NCBI GenBank assembly: GCA_913778905.1
Contig: CAJYYA010000012.1
Location: forward strand, 162,233 to 226,232
Length of the DNA: 64,000 nucleotides
Source: an uncultured Naasia sp.
GTDB lineage: Bacteria; Actinomycetota; Actinomycetes; Actinomycetales; Microbacteriaceae
Reading direction: 5' to 3'
Below the pieces are notes generated by a model. The model was given only the letters and a program-made list of their open reading frames with translations, was not told the origin of the DNA and did no database searches. Made by a program: the position numbers and the translations under genes. Positions 48,098-56,275 of the stretch are shown piece by piece (the first letter of the stretch is position 1; each line of letters starts with the position of its first letter).

Positions 48098-48173
48098 CCC
48101 CGGTCCGTGCCCTCACCCACCGCCCGGCTGTGCCACAGTGATCACGTCATCCGCTGAGAAGGAGGGGAGCCCG

Positions 48174-48626
48174 GTGCCCACCGCAGCCGCCCACCGCCCT
48201 CTGCACCTGCGTCCACGCTTCATCGCTCTCGTCGCGGCGGGCGGAGTCGTCGGCACAGCTCTCCGCGAAGGTTCGACGCTCGTCTTCCCGACCCCGGGCG
48301 GCGGGTTCCCCTTCACCGTCTTCGCCATCAATCTGCTCGGGGCGTTCGCGCTCGGCGCGTTGCTGGAATTCCTGACCCGGACCGGCCCGGATGTCGGTTG
48401 GAGACGGGACATCCGCCTCGGAGTGGGAACCGGCGTCATCGGTGGATTCACCACCTACAGCGCGTTCGCCGGTGACACGGCCCTCCTGATCGCGGCAGAC
48501 TCCCCCGGTCTCGCGGTGCTCTACGCACTCGGAACGGTGTCGCTCGGCGCGGTGGCGACGAGCCTCGGGATCCTGGTCGCCGGTCTGGGCCGCTCGGTCG
48601 ACACGGGCCCGGAGGAAGCGGAGTGA
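48174..48626 (+). CDS. crcB: fluoride channel CrcB/Fluc, subunit 1
   Basis: The GTG at 48174 lies 8 nt after GGAGG. GGFTTYSAF motif. Confidence 0.8.
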   Translation: MPTAAAHRPLHLRPRFIALVAAGGVVGTALREGSTLVFPTPGGGFPFTVFAINLLGAFALGALLEFLTRTGPDVGWRRDIRLGVGTGVIGGFTTYSAFAGDTALLIAADSPGLAVLYALGTVSLGAVATSLGILVAGLGRSVDTGPEEAE

Positions 48627-49006
48627 CCCCGTTGCTCTTCGCCGGCATCGCCGCGGCGGGCGGTGTCGGATCCGCGTTGCGGTTCGTCATCGACGGCCTG
48701 ATACGGGCACGCTTCGCCGCCGCGCCGCCGACGGGGGTCGTGATGATCAACATCACCGGCTCGTTCCTGCTGGGGCTCATCACCGGGCTGGCCCTGGTCG
48801 GTTCGGTGAGCGAGGAATGGCGCCTCGTGCTGTGCACGGGCCTGCTCGGCGGCTACACGACCTTCAGCACTGCGAGCCTCGACACCGTGCGCCTGCTACG
48901 CCGGCGCCGGATCCTGGCCGGCGCCCTCCACGGCCTCGGCACGCTCGTCGCCTGCGTCGCGGCCGGCGGCCTCGGCCTGGTTCTCGCCGATCTCCTCGCC
49001 TCCTGA
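48623..49006 (+). CDS. crcB: fluoride channel CrcB/Fluc, subunit 2
   Basis: GTGA overlap with subunit 1. GGYTTFST motif; 127 aa. Confidence 0.85.
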   Translation: MTPLLFAGIAAAGGVGSALRFVIDGLIRARFAAAPPTGVVMINITGSFLLGLITGLALVGSVSEEWRLVLCTGLLGGYTTFSTASLDTVRLLRRRRILAGALHGLGTLVACVAAGGLGLVLADLLAS

Positions 49007-49122
49007 CCCTTCCACCTCCACGCGCTCAGCAGGAGGAACAGCACCTCAGCAGGCACTTTCGACCCGATTTCCCCTGCTGGAGCGCCGAAGTCACTGCTGA
49101 GCGCGGGGACACCAGGTCAGCC

Positions 49123-49162
49123 GGTCGGTCGGTCGGCCGGCCGGTCGGTCGGTCGGTCGGTC
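49123..49162. repeat. tetranucleotide microsatellite (GGTC)3(GGCC)2(GGTC)5
   Basis: Ten contiguous 4-nt units read directly, with extra GGTC copies at 49115 and 49171. Lies just beyond the stop (49173) of the minus-strand gene. Confidence 0.9.
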
Positions 49163-49172
49163 GCGCAGTCGG

Positions 49173-49892
49173 TCAGCGCAGGAAGTCGGACGGCGAATCG
49201 GGGACATCGAGCCCCGCGGTCAGCTCGTCCATGAGGGCGTCGATCTGCGGGGTGACGATCAACGCCACCGCTTCCGTGATGCGGGCACGATGTCCGGCGA
49301 GCGCCATGCACGCGGCGCGACCCACGGCCATGGCACGCTGGTCGGCGACCTCGATTTGCTGCTTGACCTGCTCTTTCTCAAGGGCGGTGAGGGCCTCCCG
49401 CTCGTGGTGGCGCGCGTGCTCCTCCTCGTCGTCCGGATCGGGATGCTCCTCGACGATGTCGGTCGGAGCCGTCTCGACCGTCGATTCCTCCGACAGTCCC
49501 GCCAGGGTGAAGAGATACGGAGCTCCCTCGACCGGCTCGGGGTCGACGCCCAAGCCCTCGAATTCGTGGTCGAGCCCCTCCTCGGGACGGTAGGCGCGTT
49601 CGGCGCGACGCTCGGCTTCGCTCCGGTTCAGCCAGTCCTGCAGCAGCGGCAGCTCACTGGCGGTGTACGCCGCGACATCGGCGTCGACCAGCGCGTGGAT
49701 GCGGCTGACGAGCGCGTGCTGCACCTTGTGCGGCGCTTCCTCGAGTCCCGCGGCCGCGACGACAGGTGAGCCGAAGCATTTGCGGCAGACGCGGGCTGTC
49801 CGCCTGGCCAGGCTCGGCGTCCACCGGGGAAGCCAGACGAGCCAGGAGTCCACGACCGACGCGACGCGTGCGTCGACGTCGAGGGGCGGCAT
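49173..49892 (-). CDS. hypothetical protein (acidic, CxxC near N-terminus)
   Basis: 239-aa ORF with consistently GC-rich third positions, whereas the opposite-strand ORF 49290..49769 looks like an antisense artefact. RVCRKCFG motif and a Glu/Asp-rich centre. No family recognised. Confidence 0.55.
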   Translation of the reverse strand: MPPLDVDARVASVVDSWLVWLPRWTPSLARRTARVCRKCFGSPVVAAAGLEEAPHKVQHALVSRIHALVDADVAAYTASELPLLQDWLNRSEAERRAERAYRPEEGLDHEFEGLGVDPEPVEGAPYLFTLAGLSEESTVETAPTDIVEEHPDPDDEEEHARHHEREALTALEKEQVKQQIEVADQRAMAVGRAACMALAGHRARITEAVALIVTPQIDALMDELTAGLDVPDSPSDFLR

Positions 49893-50125
49893 GAGTCCAC
49901 GCTAGCCGGTCGATACGCCGTGACGCGGAGGCCGACGCCCCCACATCTCGCGGCATCCGCGCCGACGGATGCACAACAGGATCGGAGCCCATCGGAACAC
50001 TTCGACATATTTCACGACCGTCATGCCTATACCGGGCACCATCGACGGAGGCGAAGCGACCAGGCTGCGCCGTCCCACACCGTAACCAGCTGCACCACAG
50101 CCGCAGCGCAGCACAGGAGGCCCCC

Positions 50126-51115
50126 GTGTCAGAATCCACTCCGCTCGTCCAGCCGCCGAAGAAGCGCGGGCCGCTCATCGGCCTCATCATCGGCGCCGTG
50201 GTCGTCGTCGTCGCCCTGGTGATCGCGTTGCCGCTCGTGTTCTCGAACAGCGGCACCACCGCGGGCGGATCCGGGGCCGCCGGCAGCACCGCGGAAGGCG
50301 ACACGGCGGTCGTCGCCGATGGGCTCGGATCCGAATCCGATCCGGTTCGCATCGGCGTCGTCGGGGCGAGCGATCCCTACTGGGATGTGTATGTCCAGGC
50401 GGCGAAGGACGCCGGCATCAGCGTCGAGCTCGTCGACTTCACCGACTACGCGCAGCCCAACCCCGCGCTCAGCCAGGGCGATCTCGATCTGAACCAGTTC
50501 CAGCACATCATCTACCTCGCCCAGTACAACAAGTCAGCCGGCGACGACCTGACCCCCATCGGCTCGACCGCGATCTACCCCCTCTCGCTCTACTCGACCA
50601 AATACAAGACGGTCGCCGAGATCCCGGCCGGATCGACGGTGGCCGTGCCCAACGACGCGAGCAACCTCGCCCGCTCGCTCCTCGTGCTGCAGTCCGCGCG
50701 TCTCGTGGAGCTGACGGACGGCGGCAGCCCCTTCTCGACACTCGACGATGTCCTGCCCGCCTCGAAGGTCAAGGTGACCTCCCTCGAGGCCGCGCTCACC
50801 CCCACGTCGCTGCCCGACGTCGCCGCAGCCGTCATCAACAACGACTTCGTCGAGGATGCCGGGCTCAGCTTCGCCGACGCCCTCGCCTCGGACGACCCGA
50901 ACGATCCCAGTGCTCAGCCTTACATCAACATCTTCGCCGCCCGTGCCGCCGATGCGGACAACGAGGTGCTGGGCCGTCTCGTCGCGATCTTCCAGGACAC
51001 CCCGGCAGTTACGTCGGGCCTCGTGGAGGTCTCCGGCGATACGGCGCAGCTGGTGAAGACACCGGTGGCCGAGCTGAAGGAAGCGCTCGCAACCGTCGAG
51101 TCGGAGATCAAGTAG
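50126..51115 (+). CDS. metQ: MetQ/NlpA family methionine ABC transporter substrate-binding protein (membrane-anchored)
   Basis: The GTG lies 5 nt after AGGAGG. An N-terminal TM anchor is followed by the NlpA-family core (DLNQFQH, VAVPNDASN). Confidence 0.85.
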   Translation: MSESTPLVQPPKKRGPLIGLIIGAVVVVVALVIALPLVFSNSGTTAGGSGAAGSTAEGDTAVVADGLGSESDPVRIGVVGASDPYWDVYVQAAKDAGISVELVDFTDYAQPNPALSQGDLDLNQFQHIIYLAQYNKSAGDDLTPIGSTAIYPLSLYSTKYKTVAEIPAGSTVAVPNDASNLARSLLVLQSARLVELTDGGSPFSTLDDVLPASKVKVTSLEAALTPTSLPDVAAAVINNDFVEDAGLSFADALASDDPNDPSAQPYINIFAARAADADNEVLGRLVAIFQDTPAVTSGLVEVSGDTAQLVKTPVAELKEALATVESEIK

Positions 51116-51129
51116 GTCCCTCAAGTCCG

Positions 51130-51166
51130 CGAGCGCGCCGTCGGCTGACAGCCTGCGGCGCGCTCG
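51130..51166 (+). terminator. intercistronic hairpin between metQ and metN (possible attenuator or decay barrier)
   Basis: CGAGCGCGCCG-TCGGCTGACAGCCTG-CGGCGCGCTCG gives an 11-bp stem with an inner GGCT/AGCC stem, 15 nt after the metQ stop. Confidence 0.4.
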
Positions 51167-51239
51167 ACCGCGTCATCCGCGCCGATCCCCTCAGCGGATC
51201 CGGCGCGACACCGTTTCGACCAGAGATTTTCGAGGATCC

Positions 51240-52268
51240 ATGAGCGTCATCAGCCTGAGAGACGTCACGAAGACCTACCCGCCCCGCAGCCGGGGAGCGG
51301 CCGTCACCGCCGCCGTCGACAACGTCAGCCTCGACATCGAGGCGGGTGAGATCCACGGCATCATCGGCTACTCCGGAGCCGGGAAGAGCACGCTGGTCCG
51401 TCTCATCAACGCGCTCGAGCGGCCGACATCCGGCTCCGTGACAGTGCAGGACCGCGACCTGACGGCGCTCCCCGAAAAGGCCCTGCGCCAGGAGCGGCGT
51501 GGGATCGGCATGATCTTCCAGCAGTTCAACCTCTTCGAGTCGAAGACGGTGTGGGGCAACATCGAGTTCCCGCTCAAGGCGGCCGGTGTCCCGGCTTCCG
51601 AGCACCAGCGGCGGATCAGCGAACTGCTGCATTTCGTCGGCCTCGTCGAGCAGGCGCATGCCTATCCCGAGCAGCTGTCGGGCGGACAGAAGCAGCGCGT
51701 CGGCATCGCGCGAGCGCTCGCCACGAATCCGTCGATCCTGCTCGCCGATGAGGCCACGAGCGCCCTCGATCCCGAGACGACGCGAGACGTGCTTCGTCTG
51801 CTGAAGCGGGTGAACGAGGACCTCGGCGTCACCATCGTCGTCATCACGCACGAGATGGAGGTCATCCGGCAGATCGCCCATCGCGTCTCGGTCATGGAAA
51901 AGGGCCGCATCGTCGAGCAGGGCGACGTCTTCGACGTGTTCGCCGCCCCGCAGGCCGCAGCGACCAGACAGCTGACCGTCGGTGTCGTCTCGGCGCCGCC
52001 CGGAGAAGACGAGCTCGTCAGTCTGAGGCAGCGCCACCCGGGTCGCGTCGTCTCCTTCTCCTTCGTCGACGGCGGGTCAGCGCAAGCCCAGATCTTCGTC
52101 GCCCTCAGCGAGGCGGGCCTCCGCTTCGAACTCGTCCACGGCGGCATCGACGAGATCCGCGGACGCACCTTCGGCACGCTGACGCTCGCCATCACCGGCG
52201 GTGACGCATCCATCGACTCGGTGCTCGCCCAGTTGGCGGACGTCGCCACGATCACGGAGGCACACTGA
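51240..52268 (+). CDS. metN: methionine ABC transporter ATP-binding protein
   Basis: Walker A GYSGAGKST, signature LSGGQKQR, Walker B ILLADEATSALD, and a C-terminal NIL domain. Confidence 0.9.
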   Translation: MSVISLRDVTKTYPPRSRGAAVTAAVDNVSLDIEAGEIHGIIGYSGAGKSTLVRLINALERPTSGSVTVQDRDLTALPEKALRQERRGIGMIFQQFNLFESKTVWGNIEFPLKAAGVPASEHQRRISELLHFVGLVEQAHAYPEQLSGGQKQRVGIARALATNPSILLADEATSALDPETTRDVLRLLKRVNEDLGVTIVVITHEMEVIRQIAHRVSVMEKGRIVEQGDVFDVFAAPQAAATRQLTVGVVSAPPGEDELVSLRQRHPGRVVSFSFVDGGSAQAQIFVALSEAGLRFELVHGGIDEIRGRTFGTLTLAITGGDASIDSVLAQLADVATITEAH

Positions 52269-52269
52269 C

Positions 52270-52929
52270 ATGGACCGGCTGATCGAACTCCTCCCCCGCC
52301 TCTGGACGGCCGCCTTCGAGACCGTCTACATGGTGGGCATCGCCATGGTGATCGGCGGACTCCTCGGGCTTCTGCTCGGACTCGCCCTGTACCTCACCCG
52401 CTCGGGCAACCTGCTGCAGAACAAGGCCGTCTTCGCCGTGCTCAACCTGCTGGTGAACACCTTCCGGCCGATCCCGTTCATCATCCTGCTCGCGGCCGTT
52501 CAGCCCCTGGCCCGCCTCGTGATCGGGACGGGTATCGGCAACAACGCGGCCATCTTCGGGCTGGTCGTCGGCTCGATGTTCGCCATCGGACGCATCGTCG
52601 AGCAGAACCTGCTCACTGTTCGCCCCGGTGTCATCGAAGCGGCGCGGTCGGTCGGCGCCGGCAATCTGAGGATCATCTTCACGGTGCTGATCCCCGAGGC
52701 CCTCGGTCCGCTCATCCTCGGCTACACGTTCGTGTTCATCGCGATCACCGACATGTCGGCCGTGGCCGGGCTGATCGGCGGCGGCGGCCTCGGAAACTTC
52801 GCCGTGCAGTACGGCTACCGCCTCTTCGATCCGACCGTCACGTGGGCCGCCGTGCTCATCATCATCGTGCTCGTCCAGCTGACGCAGGTGATCGGCAACT
52901 CCCTGGCCCGCAAGGTGCTCCGCCGCTGA
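52270..52929 (+). CDS. metI: methionine ABC transporter permease
   Basis: 219 aa with five helices and the EAA-like loop EAARSVGAG. The start is 2 nt after the metN stop. Confidence 0.9.
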   Translation: MDRLIELLPRLWTAAFETVYMVGIAMVIGGLLGLLLGLALYLTRSGNLLQNKAVFAVLNLLVNTFRPIPFIILLAAVQPLARLVIGTGIGNNAAIFGLVVGSMFAIGRIVEQNLLTVRPGVIEAARSVGAGNLRIIFTVLIPEALGPLILGYTFVFIAITDMSAVAGLIGGGGLGNFAVQYGYRLFDPTVTWAAVLIIIVLVQLTQVIGNSLARKVLRR

Positions 52930-52964
52930 CGCAGCCGCCCCACCCCGCCCGCCCGGCCGTCCTC

Positions 52965-53115
52965 CTGAACAAATGCAGGATTCGCGTACCGAATGCAGGA
53001 GATGCGTTTCGCAGGTTCGTCGACCGGCCCGGAATCATCGGGATCAGAAGATGGTCCTCCTGAATTCGGAGCCGGATCTCCTGCATTCGTGAATCGACCT
53101 CCTGCATTCGTTCAG
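52965..53115. promoter_or_regulatory. inverted pair of ~40-nt arms, each carrying two RAATGCAGGA sites 20 bp apart (four sites in total)
   Basis: Left arm CTGAACAAATGCAGGATTCGCGTACCGAATGCAGGAGAT (52965-53003). Right arm ATCTCCTGCATTCGTGAATCGACCTCCTGCATTCGTTCAG (53076-53115). A fifth partial site CCTCCTGAATTCGG is at 53057. The array lies 76 nt upstream of the next ATG. Confidence 0.6.
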
Positions 53116-53190
53116 CGGGCGGGCGCGGCGGGGCGTAACGGGGCGACACCGAACGTGCACGGCCGACCGTCGCGATGCGAAAGTGACGGG

Positions 53191-54531
53191 ATGACGATCA
53201 ACGCTGCGGGTGCCACGCCCGCATTCGCCACCCGCCAGGTGCACGCAGGACAATCGCCGGATCCCGCGACCGGCGCGCGCATCACCCCCGTCTACCTCTC
53301 GGCCGGCTTCGTGTTCGACGACCTGGAAGCAGCGAAGGCGGCATTCGAAGGCCGCGGCGGCTACAGCTACACCCGGGTCGGCAACCCCACTCTCACCTCC
53401 CTCGAGCGCAAGCTGGCCGACCTCGAAGGCGGGGTCGACGCGGTCGTCGTCGCGAGCGGCCAGGCGGCCGTCGCCGACGCACTGCTCGCCATCCTGCGCG
53501 ACGGCGACCACCTCGTCGCCGCCCGCAGCATCTACTCCGGGTCCCGGAGCCTCTTCGTGGAGGTGTTCGCCCGCTTCGGCATCGCGGTGACCTTCGTCGA
53601 CGACAGCTCGGGTCTCGACGCCTGGCGCGAGGCGATCCGTCCCGAGACCCGCGCCCTCTTCGCTGAGTCGATCTCCAACCCCCGCAACGAGGTCCTCGAT
53701 GTGCGCGGGGTCGCGGACATCGCCCATGCCCACGGCCTGCCGCTCGTCGTCGACAGCACCCTCGCGACGCCCTACCTCGTGCGCCCGCTCGACCATGGCG
53801 CCGACATCGTCGTCCATTCGACGAGCAAATTCATCACCGGGAACGGCTCGGCTCTCGGAGGCGTCATCGTCGACGGCGGCCGCTTCCCGTGGGCGGATCA
53901 CGCCGACCTCCACCCGCAGTTCAGCACCCCCGGTGCCGCGGGCACGACCTTCGTCGATCGCAACGGCCCCGCCGCGTACGCGCAGTACACGCGCGATGTG
54001 ATCGTGCAGCGCCTCGGGCCCACGCTGTCACCGTCCAACGCGTTCGTGGTGCAGCAGGGCCTCGAGACCCTGTCGCTGCGGATGGAGCGCCACTCGCAGA
54101 CGGCCCTGGCCGTTGCCCGATGGCTCGAGACTCACCCCGCTGTGGACCGGGTCGATTACAGCGGGCTCGACTCCAGCCCGTACCACGCCCTCGCGGACGA
54201 GTACCTGCCCCGCGGAGCCGGCTCGGTCTTCGCCGTCCGCCTGCACGGTGGGCTCGAAGCCGCCCGTGCCCTGCACGACAACGTCGCCGTGATCTCGCGC
54301 ATGACGCACCTGGGCGACGTCCGCTCTCTCGTCCTCCATCCCGCGACGACGACTCACGGGTCGCTGACGGCGGATGAGCGCGACGCACTCGGGATCGACG
54401 ACGGCGTCCTGCGGCTGTCGATCGGGCTCGAGGACGCCGCCGACATCATCGCCGACCTGGAGCAGGCGCTGGAACACGTCCCCGCGGCCGATTCGACGGG
54501 CCGCGCGGTGTTCGCGGGGGCCCGGGCGTGA
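53191..54531 (+). CDS. O-acetylhomoserine/O-acetylserine sulfhydrylase-like PLP enzyme (paralog of metY)
   Basis: 446 aa, collinear with 13373..14689. PLP-lysine motif HSTSKFITGNG. Confidence 0.85.
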   Translation: MTINAAGATPAFATRQVHAGQSPDPATGARITPVYLSAGFVFDDLEAAKAAFEGRGGYSYTRVGNPTLTSLERKLADLEGGVDAVVVASGQAAVADALLAILRDGDHLVAARSIYSGSRSLFVEVFARFGIAVTFVDDSSGLDAWREAIRPETRALFAESISNPRNEVLDVRGVADIAHAHGLPLVVDSTLATPYLVRPLDHGADIVVHSTSKFITGNGSALGGVIVDGGRFPWADHADLHPQFSTPGAAGTTFVDRNGPAAYAQYTRDVIVQRLGPTLSPSNAFVVQQGLETLSLRMERHSQTALAVARWLETHPAVDRVDYSGLDSSPYHALADEYLPRGAGSVFAVRLHGGLEAARALHDNVAVISRMTHLGDVRSLVLHPATTTHGSLTADERDALGIDDGVLRLSIGLEDAADIIADLEQALEHVPAADSTGRAVFAGARA

Positions 54532-55850
54532 GCCGCCCCCAGCACTTCGGCTGGTTCTTCGCCCGCGGTTTCGGACCGCAGGGCTGGGGCCATCCCTACT
54601 GGGAGTGGGGGTGGGACTGGCGGACGCCGAAGCTCTACCAGCAGTCGGTCCGCGAGTTGGAGCAGGCCGGTCTCGACCTCGTCATCATCGAGGACGCGAT
54701 CTCCCTCGGGACCGACGAGACGCTCGACGTGCGGGTCGGGCAGGCCTACGGCGGGCCGAAGCACGACCCCCTGATGCTCGTCCCCTACCTGCTCGACGCG
54801 ACCGAGCACATCGGCTTCGCGCCGACCGTGAACGCCGGGGCCACCCCGCCCTATCTCGGCGCTCGACAGTTCTCGACCCTTCAGCACCTCAGCGGCGGGC
54901 GGGTCGGCATCAACCTCGTCACCGACGTGAAGAGCGCCCGCCACTTCGGGTTGGAGGAGCTCGCGCACGACGCGGCCTACGACCGGGCCGAGGAGTGGAC
55001 GGACGTCGCCCGGCGTCTCTGGCGCAGCTGGGGAGACGGCGCGCTGATCGGAGATCGCGCGACGAACACGTTCGCGGATGCGTCGAAGCTGGAACGCTTC
55101 CGTCATCAGGGGTCGTACTTCGATGTGGCCGGGCCCCTCAACGCCGTGCCGCACGGCGACCTCGGAGACCCTGTGCTCGTGTCCCCCGGCGGGTCCGGGC
55201 CGGGTCTCGCATTCGCGGGCCGCAATTCGGACATCCAGCTGGCGCTCGCGCCGTTGAACGTCGATGCCGTCGCCGCCTACCGGGCGAAGATCCACGAGGC
55301 CGCGATCGCCCAGGGACGGCGGCCGTCCGACGTCAAGGTGCTGTTCGTGTTCAAGCCGGAGATCGTCGGCAGCGCGGACGAGGCGGACCGGATCGTGCGG
55401 GCCTCGTATTCGCCAGACGAGGAGACGCTGCGGGCGGTGCTCGCGGCACAGTCGAGCGATCTCGAGACCGACCTGACGAAGCTGGACCTCGACGCACCGC
55501 TCGACCCGGCGATCTTCGGCCAGCATGTGTCGCAGGGCACCATCCGGGGCCTGCTCGGCGGACGGGACTCCTTCGAGGGGGTTCCGCTTCGGGAGCTGGC
55601 GGCGACGAAGGCACGGAAGGGACGCATCACCGACGGCACAGGTCTCGTGGGCACCGCGGAGGAGGTCGCCGACTTCATCGAGCGCTTCGGCGAGGAAGCG
55701 GACAACGACGGCTTCATCTTCTCCGGCGACCTGCACCCCGTGTCGATCCATCGGATGCTCGATGAGCTCGTGCCGATCCTCCGCCGCCGCGGCATCCTCC
55801 GCACCTCCTACGCCCCGGGCGGCCTCCGCGCGAACCTCCGCGACTTCTGA
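54528..55850 (+). CDS. LLM-class flavin-dependent monooxygenase, NtaA/SnaA/DszA family
   Basis: 440 aa. N-terminus HFGWFFARGFGPQGWG and the length are typical of the NtaA/DszA subgroup. GTGA overlap with the upstream gene. Confidence 0.85.
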   Translation: MSRPQHFGWFFARGFGPQGWGHPYWEWGWDWRTPKLYQQSVRELEQAGLDLVIIEDAISLGTDETLDVRVGQAYGGPKHDPLMLVPYLLDATEHIGFAPTVNAGATPPYLGARQFSTLQHLSGGRVGINLVTDVKSARHFGLEELAHDAAYDRAEEWTDVARRLWRSWGDGALIGDRATNTFADASKLERFRHQGSYFDVAGPLNAVPHGDLGDPVLVSPGGSGPGLAFAGRNSDIQLALAPLNVDAVAAYRAKIHEAAIAQGRRPSDVKVLFVFKPEIVGSADEADRIVRASYSPDEETLRAVLAAQSSDLETDLTKLDLDAPLDPAIFGQHVSQGTIRGLLGGRDSFEGVPLRELAATKARKGRITDGTGLVGTAEEVADFIERFGEEADNDGFIFSGDLHPVSIHRMLDELVPILRRRGILRTSYAPGGLRANLRDF

Positions 55851-55861
55851 GCACGGCGCAT

Positions 55862-56203
55862 CCGCCCGCCCGTTGAGCGCAGCGAAACGCAGAGCGAACC
55901 CCGCCGCCACCGGGCCGCTTCGCGACGGCCGCAAGCATCCTCCTCAGCGATCGACAGACCACACGCCGCTTCCAGCCCTTCATTTCGCTTCGCTCAATGG
56001 GCGGGCCGGACCGCCCGCCCGCCCGTTGAGCGGAGCGAAACGCAGAGCGAACCCCGCCGCCACCGGGCCGCTTCGCGACGGCCGCAAGCAGCCTCCTCAG
56101 CGACCGACAGATTAGACGCCGCTTCCAGCCCTTCATTTCGCTCCGCTCAATGGGCGGGCCGGAGCACCCGCCCACCCGCCCGTTGAGCGAAGCGAAACGC
56201 AGG
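55862..56203. repeat. family B composite element: ~147-bp unit with ~28-nt terminal inverted repeats, duplicated in tandem
   Basis: Order is inverted unit (55865), 82-nt core, forward unit (55976), inverted unit (56012), near-identical 82-nt core, forward unit (56127), inverted unit (56175). Confidence 0.9.
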
Positions 56204-56275
56204 GCGATCCCCGCGCGGATGACGCGGGGCGTCACATCCGGGGCGCTGTCGAGGCGACGTGCTTAGGGTCGGAGG

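Noticed and set aside
49893-50125. Possible SAM riboswitch or T-box in the 233-nt leader of metQ
   Set aside because: I could not find S-box, SAM-IV or T-box core sequences by eye. Only a small GCATCCG..CGGATGC hairpin is present. A covariance-model scan would be needed to overturn this.
52862-53149. 95-aa minus-strand ORF and N-terminal extension of ORF 52993..54531 across the GAATGCAGGA array
   Set aside because: The repeated MQE / LLH peptides simply mirror the DNA repeats. The MetY paralog aligns with metY only from the ATG at 53191.
55525-56235. ORFs of 173-196 aa across the LLM to ATP-grasp spacer (and similar ones at 7382..7567 and 58104..58370)
   Set aside because: Their sequences are translations of family B repeats (recurring FASLNGR / SAQRAGG strings), so they are repeat artefacts, not genes.
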